Source: Verrucomicrobiota bacterium (lineage in GTDB: Bacteria > Verrucomicrobiota > Verrucomicrobiia > CAIQCK01). Taken from it: a stretch of 64,000 bases of DNA. A model generated the notes under the pieces. It was not told where the DNA came from. It did no database searches and saw only the letters and a program-made list of their open reading frames with translations. Numbering within the stretch: position 1 is the first letter of the stretch; each line of letters starts with the position of its first letter. Positions 27,407 through 37,861 of the stretch are shown piece by piece. The stretch covers positions 152,561 to 216,560 of the forward strand of contig JAPLTX010000045.1 in NCBI GenBank assembly GCA_026397915.1, written 5' to 3'. Made by a program: the position numbers and the translations under genes.

Positions 27407-28024
27407 CTAAGACGTATCCTCGCCAAGTTCCACGTTCCAGTAGGCGATATCGAGGAAGTGTTTCCAGCTTTCGTCGGGCTTGGGAATGGTCACCTGCACG
27501 AATGGGCGCCACTTCGGCCGCTTGGGCTTGCGGATGAGCCGCATGCCCGCCTCGGCCGGCGTGCGATTGGCCTTGCGGGTGTTGCACGGGATGCAGGAGC
27601 AAACGACGTTGTCCCAGACGGTGGTGCCGCCGCGGTCACGTGGGACGACGTGGTCAATGTTCAAGTCTCGCCGCTCGAACACCTTGCCGCAATACTGGCA
27701 GGTGTTGGCGTCGCGCTCAAAAATGTTGTGCCGGGTGAACTTCACCTCTTTGTGCGGGAGCCGGTCGAAAAACAGCAGCAACACCACCTTCGGGATGCGG
27801 ATGCGAAACCGGATCGTGTGGATGCTCTCCTCTTCGTGAGGAAACCGCTCGGAGAAACTGCGCCACTCGCCGAAGTCGAACGTATTGAACGCGCCGTTCT
27901 CCGCACACACGACCTCCGCATGGCCCTCGAAGAGCAGCGTCAACGCCCGCTTTACCGAGCAGATATTGACCGCCTGCCAGAGCCTGTTCAGCACCAACAC
28001 ATTGCTGTTGAGCAACGTTTCCAT
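27407..28024 (-). CDS. HNH endonuclease-domain protein
   Basis: CQYCG...NIDHVVPRDRGG...CIPCNTRK HNH/zinc motif. Confidence 0.75.
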   Translation of the reverse strand: METLLNSNVLVLNRLWQAVNICSVKRALTLLFEGHAEVVCAENGAFNTFDFGEWRSFSERFPHEEESIHTIRFRIRIPKVVLLLFFDRLPHKEVKFTRHNIFERDANTCQYCGKVFERRDLNIDHVVPRDRGGTTVWDNVVCSCIPCNTRKANRTPAEAGMRLIRKPKRPKWRPFVQVTIPKPDESWKHFLDIAYWNVELGEDTS

Positions 28025-28184
28025 AGCTCGCTATATCTTTGTTTGCCGAATCGAAATCACTCGGAAACGCCGTGGACATTAGCACTTCCCCGCGAAAAGT
28101 GTCAACGCCCGCGCTGTTACGGAACGAAAGAAGCCGCTGGAGCAAGCAACCCCACCGAAGCGGCGTTCCGCCTACGCGATCTCA

Positions 28185-28685
28185 TCAACCCTTCTTCTTG
28201 ATCGTCTTCAGCAACCTCAACGCTTGTAGCCAGTTTTCCGATTGACCGGTAAACTGTCCGTTCCAAATCTGGCCGTCCACGTTCAGCATGAATATCCCCT
28301 GCACCTGATCGTCCGTCCCGCTCTTAAACCAGAACGCGGCGTGGTTTCCCGTGCAGTGTTCGCCCTCCAACCGTTCAACTTCATATTGTTTGCTGGTCAG
28401 CTTATATTTGCCCGTCCTCGCCGCCGCCTTCACGAACCCGTCGGCCAGTTTCCTCACCAAGGCCGGAATCTCTTCGGGTCTTGCCGGAGGCGGCCATTTG
28501 AAAAACATCAGAAGTCCGTTGCTGGCTATCGCCGGCGTCACCGAGTAGAAATCCACTCCATTGTCCCCCTTGTATTCCAACCTCCATCCTTCGGGAAGCG
28601 TCATCGCCAGCGGGCCCTCAGCAGCGACCGCAAGATGGCAACCCGTCACCACCATGAGCATCATTGCAAACAGTATGTAACGCAT
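28185..28685 (-). CDS. Hypothetical secreted/lipoprotein-like protein
   Basis: N-terminal signal with LVVTGC lipobox-like segment; no recognisable domain. Confidence 0.45.
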   Translation of the reverse strand: MRYILFAMMLMVVTGCHLAVAAEGPLAMTLPEGWRLEYKGDNGVDFYSVTPAIASNGLLMFFKWPPPARPEEIPALVRKLADGFVKAAARTGKYKLTSKQYEVERLEGEHCTGNHAAFWFKSGTDDQVQGIFMLNVDGQIWNGQFTGQSENWLQALRLLKTIKKKG

Positions 28686-28876
28686 AGTCTCTTTTTCACC
28701 GACAGTTACTTAGCGGACTGTTTCGGATATTTAATTCGATATGTCGGACTTTGCAACGCTGCTTTTGGGAGGGGCCTGCGGATCAACAACCCCACCTCCT
28801 CACAGAATGACGTCTTGCGCGGCCCAAGACGACTCTCACTCGGCAACTCACCGCGCTATGTGCTAGAAGTAACGCA

Positions 28877-30880
28877 ATGATTGCACCTGCGAACTTTGTC
28901 CCGAACGGCGCGCTGGCCGCGAAGATGAGCGACTACTTTGGCCCCGGCGGTCTGCTGGCGACGTCCGGCGGCGCGGGACAGGCGTTCGAGTTCCGCCCGC
29001 AGCAACTCCGCATGGCCGAGGCCGTCGCCAACGCGCTCTCCAACCGCCGCCATCTCGCCGTTGAGGCCGGCACCGGCGTCGGCAAGAGCTTCGCCTACCT
29101 CGCGCCCGCCATCCTCCACGCCGTCGAGAACAAGCGCCGCGCCGTCATCTCCACCTACACGATCAATCTTCAAGAGCAGATCATGGGCAAAGACATCCCC
29201 GCGCTGGCGAAGATCCTGCCCGTTCAGTTCAGCGCCACACTCGTCAAAGGCCGCGCCAACTATCTCTGTCCCTGCCGGCTGAAGAAAGCCATGCGCTCCG
29301 CCGATGGGTTGTTCCTGTCCACCGAACAGGCAGAGTTGCACCGCATTGCCAAATGGGCCGCCACCACGCAGGACGGCAGCCGCTCCGACTTCGACCTCGA
29401 GCCGGACCCGAACGTCTGGGCGCAGGTTTGCTCGGAACGCGGCCTTTGCTCGGCGCAGAAGTGCGAGAAGGAGTGCAAGTGTTTCTATCAGGAAGCGCGC
29501 AGGCGGATGCGCACCGCCGACGTGCTCGTGGTCAACCACCACCTCTTCTTCTCGGAAATCGCGTTGCGTGCCGAGAGCGAGGAAAGCGAGGGCGTGTTGT
29601 TGCCGGAATTTGAGTTCGTCATCCTCGACGAAGCCCACACCGTCGAGTCCGTCGCCGCCGACCACATTGGGATCGGCCTCTCCGAAAGCGGCCTGCGCTG
29701 GCTGCTGCACCGCCTCTGGAACCCAAAAACGGAAAAAGGACTGCTATCTCTTTTCAAGAACGCCGGCGAAGCCGTTCGCGCAGTGGATGACGTGCTCCAT
29801 CGCAGCGACGACTTCTTCCGCAGCGTGGACGACGCTGCGCACTGGAAGCCGAACGCGAGCACTCTCCGCGTGCGCCAGCCGGACATCGTGTTGAACTCCC
29901 TCGACACGCCGCTGGCCACGTTGCGCGACCGGCTCGTGGACATCGGCAAGTCCCTCAGCGACGATAACGAAGACCGTGATGAATTGCGCGAGATGGTCCG
30001 CCGTGTCAACGACACACGGAAGCAACTCGGAGCATTTCTCGGCCAGGCGGACCCAGAGTTCGTTTACTGGGTCGAGCGAAGCGGCCGCCGCCAGCCGCAG
30101 GTGGAGCTTCGCGCCGCGCCGGTGGATGTCAGCGAGGAGTTGCGCGAACTGCTTTTCGCGTCGTTTCCATCGGTCGTCATGACCAGTGCGACGCTCGCCG
30201 TCCAAAACCGGCTCGATTACTTCCTCAAGCGCGTCGGCGCGGACGAAACGGAGGCGATCGCCGTCGGCTCGCCGTTCGACTACGAGCAGCAGATGAAGCT
30301 CTACGTCCCGAAAGAAATGCCCGACCCGAACTCACCCGATTACCGCGCAGCCGTCGGCAAGTGGGTGCGGCACTTCGTGAAGCTGACGCACGGCAAGGCG
30401 TTCGTGCTCTTCACCAGTTACAAGTTGATGCGCGACGTCGCCGAGGATTTGGAGATGTTCTTCACGTCATCGGGCTTCCAATGCCTCGTGCAAGGCAGCG
30501 GCATGCCGCGTTCGACGATGCTGAAGAAGTTCAAGGAGGATGTGGACTCGGTCCTGTTCGGCACCGACAGTTTCTGGCAAGGCGTGGACGTGCCCGGCGA
30601 GGCGCTCTCCAACGTCATCATCACCCGGCTGCCGTTCGCCGTGCCGGACCATCCACTAACCGAGGCGCGGCTCGAAGCCATCGAAGCCCGCGGTGGTAAC
30701 GCGTTCATGGAGTATTCGCTGCCGGAAGCGGTCCTGAAACTGCGTCAAGGCGTTGGCCGTCTCATTCGCAGCAAGACCGACACCGGCATCGTCGCCATCC
30801 TCGACAACCGCGTCCTCACCAAGCGATACGGCCGCGCGTTCATCGAGAGCCTGCCCCAGTGTCCGGTGGAGATTGTGTAG
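28877..30880 (+). CDS. dinG: ATP-dependent DNA helicase DinG (XPD/Rad3-like, Fe-S)
   Basis: Walker A AGTGVGKS, DEAH box ILDEAH, Fe-S cysteine cluster (CPC...CEKECKC), C-terminal helicase motifs. Confidence 0.88.
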   Translation: MIAPANFVPNGALAAKMSDYFGPGGLLATSGGAGQAFEFRPQQLRMAEAVANALSNRRHLAVEAGTGVGKSFAYLAPAILHAVENKRRAVISTYTINLQEQIMGKDIPALAKILPVQFSATLVKGRANYLCPCRLKKAMRSADGLFLSTEQAELHRIAKWAATTQDGSRSDFDLEPDPNVWAQVCSERGLCSAQKCEKECKCFYQEARRRMRTADVLVVNHHLFFSEIALRAESEESEGVLLPEFEFVILDEAHTVESVAADHIGIGLSESGLRWLLHRLWNPKTEKGLLSLFKNAGEAVRAVDDVLHRSDDFFRSVDDAAHWKPNASTLRVRQPDIVLNSLDTPLATLRDRLVDIGKSLSDDNEDRDELREMVRRVNDTRKQLGAFLGQADPEFVYWVERSGRRQPQVELRAAPVDVSEELRELLFASFPSVVMTSATLAVQNRLDYFLKRVGADETEAIAVGSPFDYEQQMKLYVPKEMPDPNSPDYRAAVGKWVRHFVKLTHGKAFVLFTSYKLMRDVAEDLEMFFTSSGFQCLVQGSGMPRSTMLKKFKEDVDSVLFGTDSFWQGVDVPGEALSNVIITRLPFAVPDHPLTEARLEAIEARGGNAFMEYSLPEAVLKLRQGVGRLIRSKTDTGIVAILDNRVLTKRYGRAFIESLPQCPVEIV

Positions 30881-30897
30881 CGCCAGCGCGACGGCGC

Positions 30898-33000
30898 TTA
30901 CTTCACCACTGCCTTTGCCGCGCCAACGTTGCCGACTTCATCCCGAGCGCGCAGCAATACGGATTTCGCGCCGGGCAAACGGACAGTGAATTCCTGTTCC
31001 CGCGCTCCGGTCTCAGCGGCGGGCGGCAAGGCAGGGAACCAGTCGCGACCATCGGCAGAGACTTCCACCAAGGTAATTGGAGTAAGGGCGTCGGCGACAG
31101 TAAACTTCACCGTCAACACGCCCCCAGCCACCCGCGCGCTGCGCACGGTGATCGCAGGTGGCGTGTTGTCCACGGCGAACGCGGCGCCCTCAATGCTTGC
31201 GGTCAACCCTTTGCCTGCTGGGTTTCCCGGCGCGTCGGTGGCGACGACCTTCATGCGATAGTAACCGTCGGGGAATGAGCGCGTGTCAAACGTGAAAAAC
31301 AAGTCGCTCGTTTTGTCCGCCAGCAGTTTCCACGCGGGATCACCCTCGGCGCGGAGGTAAACATCGAAGGTCATCGGGTCGAGGTTGTAATCAGCAACGG
31401 TCCACGCTGCGGTGCGCAGTCCCGGTTGGTTCACGACTTGGACACGCTGTTTGCGCGCCGAGTCCATCGGATCACGCCGCGCGCTCGAAGAGACCATCAT
31501 GTCGAGCGTGCCCATCACCGGAGGGTCCGGCTGCGACACCTTCTGCAAACCGGAGCCAGCGTCGTGGATCGTCAGCTTGCCGAAGACCGGCCGCACGTTG
31601 CGCGCCGTGTAGAAAACCGTTACGCGATCCAACACCGCCGCGCGCGCCGCATCCTGGCCTGCGAGCTTCACTCGCAGTTGCAAGTAACGCGCCGCCGGAC
31701 TCTTCAACGCGAAGTTGTCACCTCGCCGCGTCGCGTCGCTCCAGTCGCTCCATGTTTTCTCCGGCTTCTCCGTGTTGCCGCTGCGGCTGCCGACGGACAT
31801 GCGCGCGCCGGCGGGAATATCGCCCGCTACGGACACAAGCCCCCACGTCGAGAGCATTCTGGCGTCGAGCGCCTCGCTTTCCCACGTTCCTTCGGTGGCG
31901 CGATTCGGCGCGATGCTCCAGACTGCGCCGAGGTTGCTGGTCACCGCCACCCAACTCCCCTGCCCCGTCGCCAGCAGCGATGTCACCTGCTGGCCTTCGA
32001 GTTTGGCGAGCGTTGCGATCTCATGACGGCTGCGAACGCCATAGATAACGCCCTTCTCGCCAGTGCCAACCAACGCCGCGCCATCCGCCGCGACCGCCAG
32101 CGAGAACGCGGTTGCGTCCCTGCCCGCCCACAGCAACTCCGTGAAGCCGTCGGGATGCACTCGATACAACTCGCTCTTGCGCGTGACTTTCTTTTCCTCC
32201 GGTTTCGCCGCGGCAGCACCCGGCGATGTTACGACCGCAGCCACCGCCTCAGTTTCGCCAAGCGCCAAAGCATACACGCAACCCTTCGCGTCGGTCGCGA
32301 CAGCCTTCATCTCCTTCAACGACGAGGCGAAAACAACAAAGCCTTTGTCCGGTCCGTCGAAACGATAGAGGTAAGCGCCGGGATGCGACCCCGCGAGCAA
32401 TCGGCCGTTCTTGTCGAAGCCGAGCGAGACGACGTTCGTTTCGTCGCTCGCGAAATACTTCTCCGCGACGCCGGCGGGCGTGACCTTGTAGATCGCCGCC
32501 TTGCTGCCGCACGCGACGAACAGATTTCCCGCGCCGTCGAACGCCAGCGCCCAGATATACTTGTCCGGCGGATCGTAAAATACCGATGATTTGCCGTCAG
32601 GCGCGATGCGATAGACCTTCCCGTCCGGCGAACTGGCCGCATAGACGTTGTCCTTCGCGTCCACAGCAAGCGCGTGAATCTCCAGTTCCTTCGCAGTAAA
32701 GAACGCCACCGCCTTGCCATCACTCCCAACGCGCAGCACCTTGCCCTCTCCGCCACCAAGATAGACGTTGCCCTTCGAGTCGCGCACCGCCGCCCAGACG
32801 ATCGGCAGCGGCACGTCGCAGGTTTTCTTCACCGCCGGCGCGAGGCGAAGCTGGCCTTTCTCAGTGATCGAGATGCCCCGTGCGTCGCCTTTCGCGAAAT
32901 CTTCATAGGTGTCCTTGGTAAACCTCTGCATTTCCACTGCCAGCGCAACGCTGACGACCATGACCGGAAGGCATGTGATGACAAACAATTTCATGGGCAT
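30898..33000 (-). CDS. Secreted beta-propeller repeat protein (NHL/SMP-30-like blades) with C-terminal Ig-like domains
   Basis: Signal peptide; repeated ...GNVY/DGKVYRI/NLFVA... blade-like units; last gene of the nadE-hemL operon (6-nt gap to the upstream gene). Confidence 0.55.
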   Translation of the reverse strand: MPMKLFVITCLPVMVVSVALAVEMQRFTKDTYEDFAKGDARGISITEKGQLRLAPAVKKTCDVPLPIVWAAVRDSKGNVYLGGGEGKVLRVGSDGKAVAFFTAKELEIHALAVDAKDNVYAASSPDGKVYRIAPDGKSSVFYDPPDKYIWALAFDGAGNLFVACGSKAAIYKVTPAGVAEKYFASDETNVVSLGFDKNGRLLAGSHPGAYLYRFDGPDKGFVVFASSLKEMKAVATDAKGCVYALALGETEAVAAVVTSPGAAAAKPEEKKVTRKSELYRVHPDGFTELLWAGRDATAFSLAVAADGAALVGTGEKGVIYGVRSRHEIATLAKLEGQQVTSLLATGQGSWVAVTSNLGAVWSIAPNRATEGTWESEALDARMLSTWGLVSVAGDIPAGARMSVGSRSGNTEKPEKTWSDWSDATRRGDNFALKSPAARYLQLRVKLAGQDAARAAVLDRVTVFYTARNVRPVFGKLTIHDAGSGLQKVSQPDPPVMGTLDMMVSSSARRDPMDSARKQRVQVVNQPGLRTAAWTVADYNLDPMTFDVYLRAEGDPAWKLLADKTSDLFFTFDTRSFPDGYYRMKVVATDAPGNPAGKGLTASIEGAAFAVDNTPPAITVRSARVAGGVLTVKFTVADALTPITLVEVSADGRDWFPALPPAAETGAREQEFTVRLPGAKSVLLRARDEVGNVGAAKAVVK

Positions 33001-33006
33001 CTCGGT

Positions 33007-34803
33007 TTACTCTACTTTCACCTTCAACACCTGGCTGCCGCGAACCACCGCGTTTTGCGGCAGGCGCTTCTCGACAACATCCACGCGCTCGATCCGCGCA
33101 GCCTCCAGCATCGTGCGATTTGAATCGTATAGCTGCATCGCCGACGGCGGCAGCGCGGGCATCCGCTGGTCCGCCACTACTATGCCGTCGGCCTTGCGTG
33201 TCACGCGCAGGTAGAGCGCGTTTTGCGGTCGCCGCTGGTTTAGCACACTTACGAGCTGGCCGAGGTTTTGCGGACGCTCCACGCGGACTCGGCCGCTCTT
33301 TCCGTCAAGGGCGTCAGCTGCGGTCGCGTCTCCAACAAAGATATCGAGTTCACCAGAGCGGACGTTCTCCGGGACAACAAACTCCAACGTCGCCACACGC
33401 CGCTCGCCACGCCACGGCTTCAACACGGCGCGCACTGTAACAGTTTCACCCGGCTTCGCCTTGTCGCGGTCCACAACCACCTCGCCAAGCAGCACCGTCT
33501 GCCGCTCGTCGTTGAGATTCAATTCCAGCGCAATACGCTCGATCTGCGGCAACTCGAACCGGTTGTCAAACAGTTCGCCCAACACGCTGGCAACCTCTCT
33601 CATCGGACCCAGGTGGTCGGACGACTCGCTGCCGGAATAGAAATTCTCCACGTGAATCTTGCCGTGATTCTTCAATTCGATGTCGCCCCGCAGCGCCAGC
33701 GCGAACTCACGAGAGTAATCCAGCGTGTCCGTCAAGGCCTGACCTACGCACGAGGCCGCGATCGCCGGCGTCACGGATTCGTGCTGGTAGAGCCGGCTAT
33801 GAAAGCTGCGTTCGCCGCGCGGAGTCCTAAGGCGGATGTTCAGCTCACACATCGGCGGCACGGGACCGATCTCGCCCGCGATGGCCGTGAGGCGATCCTG
33901 ATAAATCGTGCCGACGACCTGACGCGTATTGGAAAGTTTGTGCGGCATCAAGTAGCTGCTGATGGTGGCGACGATCTCCGCGCGCGCCATTGGAACCGCC
34001 ACCTTGCCGCTTCCAAACATCGGATGGCCGAAAGCCAGCACCCGGTTACCGCGACGCCATGTGAGCGTGCCGGTGCCCGCCATGTGCACGTCGCCTGTCG
34101 CGAGCACCGCCGCCACCGGCGTGCCCGGCTCGAACGGCGTCTTCAGCAGCTTGCTCTCCTGGCCGCCGCCACCCATCGTTGGCAACAGCCGCCCGTCGAA
34201 ACCGTGCGCCGCAAATTCCGACCGCAACCACTCAAACATCCTCGGGCCGAGTCCGCCGATCGTCACCGGCCCCGTCAGCGGCCGGAAACCGCCCGAATCG
34301 CCCGGCAGAAGTGGAATCCCCGTGTTACCGCCACTCGCAAAATGCTGTCCACCAAGGCTCGACTCCAGCCGACCAGCCTTCCTTGAAGTCTCGCCACCCG
34401 GCTCGCCGGCCTCGATCATGTCCGCAATGGGCGTGAAACCGCACCAGCCTTCCTTTTCAAACTGCGTGAGACGGTAACTAAGCGCGCCGGCGACTTTATC
34501 TTCGATGTAAAGCGGGCTGCCGCTCATGCCGTGGACGGCACCGGTGAGCTTCGTCCGCTCATCCACGAGCTTGCCGATGATCAGATCTTTCTTCGGTCCG
34601 ATAAAATCGTGCAGCACGCCGTAAATCTCCACGTCGAGAGGAACGACCTCCGTGCCCAGCATCACCGTGTAGGCTTTGCCGCGCATGCCGGGTTGAACGC
34701 GGCTCAGCGGAAAGACCTCACCCTGCGGCGGCACCTGCCCTGCCACATCCAACGCCGCACCGAGCAGTGCGACGAGAGCAACGATGGCAGTTCCAAAACT
34801 CAT
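33007..34803 (-). CDS. Secreted SpoIVB-type (S55-like) serine peptidase domain protein
   Basis: Signal peptide; HGMSGSPLY serine-protease-like motif; family call tentative; 4-nt overlap with hemL stop. Confidence 0.5.
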   Translation of the reverse strand: MSFGTAIVALVALLGAALDVAGQVPPQGEVFPLSRVQPGMRGKAYTVMLGTEVVPLDVEIYGVLHDFIGPKKDLIIGKLVDERTKLTGAVHGMSGSPLYIEDKVAGALSYRLTQFEKEGWCGFTPIADMIEAGEPGGETSRKAGRLESSLGGQHFASGGNTGIPLLPGDSGGFRPLTGPVTIGGLGPRMFEWLRSEFAAHGFDGRLLPTMGGGGQESKLLKTPFEPGTPVAAVLATGDVHMAGTGTLTWRRGNRVLAFGHPMFGSGKVAVPMARAEIVATISSYLMPHKLSNTRQVVGTIYQDRLTAIAGEIGPVPPMCELNIRLRTPRGERSFHSRLYQHESVTPAIAASCVGQALTDTLDYSREFALALRGDIELKNHGKIHVENFYSGSESSDHLGPMREVASVLGELFDNRFELPQIERIALELNLNDERQTVLLGEVVVDRDKAKPGETVTVRAVLKPWRGERRVATLEFVVPENVRSGELDIFVGDATAADALDGKSGRVRVERPQNLGQLVSVLNQRRPQNALYLRVTRKADGIVVADQRMPALPPSAMQLYDSNRTMLEAARIERVDVVEKRLPQNAVVRGSQVLKVKVE

Positions 34804-36086
34804 ACCATCCGGAAAGCTTCCTTGGCTGTGCGAATCGTCTGCTCGATGTCGGCGGCTGTGTGCGCTGTTGAGACGAAACCGACCTCGAACTGCGACGGCG
34901 CAAGATAAACGCCGCGCTCCAGCATCGCGTGGAAGAACTTCGCGTATCGCTTCGTGTCGCTGCGCTTCGCGGAGGCATAGTCGGTTACCGGCTCTTCACA
35001 AAAGAAGTTGCAGAAAATCGAGCCGATGCGGTTCTGCGCGATCCCAACGCCAACTTCCTTGGCCGCAGCCGCGACGCCAACCGCCAACTCGGCCGTGATG
35101 GTATTGAGCTTCTTGTAGAGGTCCGCATCCCCGAACAACGCCTCCAGCGTCGCCACGCCGGCGGCCATCGCCAATGGATTCCCGCTGAGCGTGCCGGCTT
35201 GATAAACCGGCCCCAGCGGCGCGAGCTGGTCCATGATGTGCGCATGACCGCCGAACGCGCCGACCGGCAGGCCGCCGCCGATGATCTTGCCGAGACACGT
35301 CAGGTCGGGTCGCACGCCGCAGAGTTCCTGCACGCCGCCCTTGGCGACGCGGAAACCGCTGATGACTTCGTCGAAGATGAGCACGATGTTGTGCGCCGCA
35401 GTGATCTTCCGGAGAAATTCCAGAAAGCCCGGCTTCGGCAGGTATAGACCCGCATTGGCTGGGATTGGTTCAACAATAACGGCGGCGATTTCGTTCCTGT
35501 GAACCGCAATCATGGATTCCACTGCCACGCGGTCGTTGAAAGGCACGGTCAGCGTCAGCTTCGCAAGGTCCGCTGGCACACCGGCGCTGTCAGGCTGCCC
35601 AAGTGTGAGCGCACCGCTGCCGGCCTTCACCAGCATCGAGTCGCCGTGGCCGTGATAGCAGCCCTCGAACTTCAGGATCATGTCGCGGCCCGTAAACCCA
35701 CGCGCCAGACGTATCGCGCTCATCACCGCTTCCGTGCCACTGCTGACGAATCGCACTTTCTGGATGGAGGGAAACGCCTCGCGCACGAGTTTCGCCAGCC
35801 GGATCTCGTGCGGATTGGGAATGCCGAAGCTCATGCCGTCGCGCGCCGTTTCCGTCACCGCCTTCACCACCGACGCCGGCGCGTGGCCTAGGATGAGCGG
35901 TCCCCACGAGCCGACGTAGTCTATGTATTCGTTCTCGTCCACGTCCCAGATGCGAGAGCCTTTGCCGCGCAGGACAAAAAACGGCTCGCCACCGACACCG
36001 CGAAACGCCCGCACCGGCGAGTTCACTCCGCCCGGAATCAGCTTCTGAGCCTCGGCAAAAAGTTTCTGTGAGAGATCGTGTTTCAT
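34800..36086 (-). CDS. hemL: Glutamate-1-semialdehyde 2,1-aminomutase
   Basis: [13 protein letters not shown]...[15 protein letters not shown] and PLP-lysine region; full length 428 aa. Confidence 0.93.
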   Translation of the reverse strand: MKHDLSQKLFAEAQKLIPGGVNSPVRAFRGVGGEPFFVLRGKGSRIWDVDENEYIDYVGSWGPLILGHAPASVVKAVTETARDGMSFGIPNPHEIRLAKLVREAFPSIQKVRFVSSGTEAVMSAIRLARGFTGRDMILKFEGCYHGHGDSMLVKAGSGALTLGQPDSAGVPADLAKLTLTVPFNDRVAVESMIAVHRNEIAAVIVEPIPANAGLYLPKPGFLEFLRKITAAHNIVLIFDEVISGFRVAKGGVQELCGVRPDLTCLGKIIGGGLPVGAFGGHAHIMDQLAPLGPVYQAGTLSGNPLAMAAGVATLEALFGDADLYKKLNTITAELAVGVAAAAKEVGVGIAQNRIGSIFCNFFCEEPVTDYASAKRSDTKRYAKFFHAMLERGVYLAPSQFEVGFVSTAHTAADIEQTIRTAKEAFRMV

Positions 36087-37747
36087 CGCGTTTGCTCAAC
36101 GTAACGCTGCGCGATCGGCATCCGGCGGCCAATGCCAAAGGCTTTGCCGCTGACCTTCAGGCCGGGCGGCGCTTGTTTCCGTTTGTATTCGTTCACGTCT
36201 ATCCGCCGGGCCACATCGCGGACGATGCGCTCGTTCTCGCCGCTGGCAACGATGTCCGCAACCGAGCGATGTTCCTCGACGTAAGCTTTCAAAACCCGGT
36301 CCAGATCTTCGTAAGGTGGCAGGCTGTCCTGGTCGGTCTGGTTCGGGCGCAGCTCCGCGCTCGGCGGCTTCGTGATGCTGCCAGACGGGATGATCTCGTG
36401 GTCGCGGTTGATCCAACGCGCAAGCCGGTAGATCAACATCTTCGGCACGTCACTGATGACCGCGAGACCGCCGCACATGTCGCCGTAGAGCGTGCAGTAG
36501 CCGGTTGCCATCTCACTCTTGTTGCCGGTCGTGATGAGCATGTTGCCAAACTTGTTCGATAGCGCCATCAGGATGACGCCGCGGACGCGCGCCTGGATGT
36601 TCTCCTCCGCCGCGTCCGGCTTCGTCCCAGCGAAAACGTGACCCATCATTTCCAGGAATGCCTTGTGCGCCGGCTCGATGGGAATCGTCATGTAGCGGAT
36701 GCCGAGGTTATGTGCCAGCAGTTCGGCATCGCTCTTGCTGTGGTCGCTGGAAAACCGCGACGGCATCGAGACGCCAACGACGTTTCGCGGCCCGACCGCC
36801 GCCGCCGCGAGCGCGCCAACGACCGCCGAGTCAATCCCACCGCTGAGGCCAAGCACCAAGCCCTTGAAACCGCATTTGCCGGTGTAGTCGCGCAGACCGA
36901 GGACCAGCGCGTGATAGAGCGATTCCTCCTCGCACGGCGCATGAAAATGGACAGGCTGGCCCGCGTTCGTGTCCACAATGACGAGGTCTTCTTCAAACGC
37001 GCGGCTCTGGGCGAGCAACTGCCCCTGCGCGTCGAGCGCCATCGAGTTGCCGTCGAAGATCAACTCGTCGTTGCCGCCGACCTGGTTCACATACACCAAC
37101 GGCCGCTGGTAATGTCCCACCGCCGCCGTCATCAGATCGTGTCGCAGCCGTTCCTTGCCGAGCACGAACGGCGACGCCGAGATGTTCACGATGATCTCCG
37201 CGCCCGCCTCGCACAATTCCCCCACCGGATCGCGCTGATAGAGCGGCTGCCCGCTGCGCTCCTGCTTGCCGCGCCAGAACGCCTCCTGGTTCCAGATGTC
37301 CTCGCAGATCGTCACCGCCAGCCGCGTCGCGCCACACTGCACCGGCTCCACGCTCGCCGCCGGCTCGAAGTAGCGGTCCTCATCGAACACATCATAAGTC
37401 GGCAGCAACGTCTTCCAGATGCGCTGCCGCACCTGTCCGCCCTCGATGAATGCCGCCGCGTTGCGGAACGGCCGGCCGGCTTTCTCCTCGTTGAAATCCA
37501 CGTAACCGACAACTGCCGGTGCCGCGCTCATTCCCCGCGCGATATTCTCCAGCGTCGCCTTCGTGTCCGAAACGAAACTTTGTTTCAGCAGCAAATCCCG
37601 CGGTGGATACCCACAAACTGCCAGTTCGCTGAACACGACCAGCTCCGCGCCGCGCCCGCAAGCGTGGCGGTAGGCGTCGAGAATCTTCACAGCATTCCCG
37701 TCAAGGTCGCCGACGGTGTAGTCGAGTTGGGCCAGCGCTATTTTCAT
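36083..37747 (-). CDS. nadE: Glutamine-dependent NAD+ synthetase
   Basis: N-terminal CN-hydrolase domain (MKIALAQL...), C-terminal NAD-synthase PP-loop SGGIDS; 4-nt overlap with hemL. Confidence 0.92.
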   Translation of the reverse strand: MKIALAQLDYTVGDLDGNAVKILDAYRHACGRGAELVVFSELAVCGYPPRDLLLKQSFVSDTKATLENIARGMSAAPAVVGYVDFNEEKAGRPFRNAAAFIEGGQVRQRIWKTLLPTYDVFDEDRYFEPAASVEPVQCGATRLAVTICEDIWNQEAFWRGKQERSGQPLYQRDPVGELCEAGAEIIVNISASPFVLGKERLRHDLMTAAVGHYQRPLVYVNQVGGNDELIFDGNSMALDAQGQLLAQSRAFEEDLVIVDTNAGQPVHFHAPCEEESLYHALVLGLRDYTGKCGFKGLVLGLSGGIDSAVVGALAAAAVGPRNVVGVSMPSRFSSDHSKSDAELLAHNLGIRYMTIPIEPAHKAFLEMMGHVFAGTKPDAAEENIQARVRGVILMALSNKFGNMLITTGNKSEMATGYCTLYGDMCGGLAVISDVPKMLIYRLARWINRDHEIIPSGSITKPPSAELRPNQTDQDSLPPYEDLDRVLKAYVEEHRSVADIVASGENERIVRDVARRIDVNEYKRKQAPPGLKVSGKAFGIGRRMPIAQRYVEQTR

Positions 37748-37861
37748 CAACAGGTCGGCACTTTATCGTGCCTGCATCAACAATGCAATCGCCTGCAACA
37801 CAAGGCCGGAGCGGAATCAGGCTGCACACGACTGCAAGGAATGACAGGCGGGACGCCCGTC

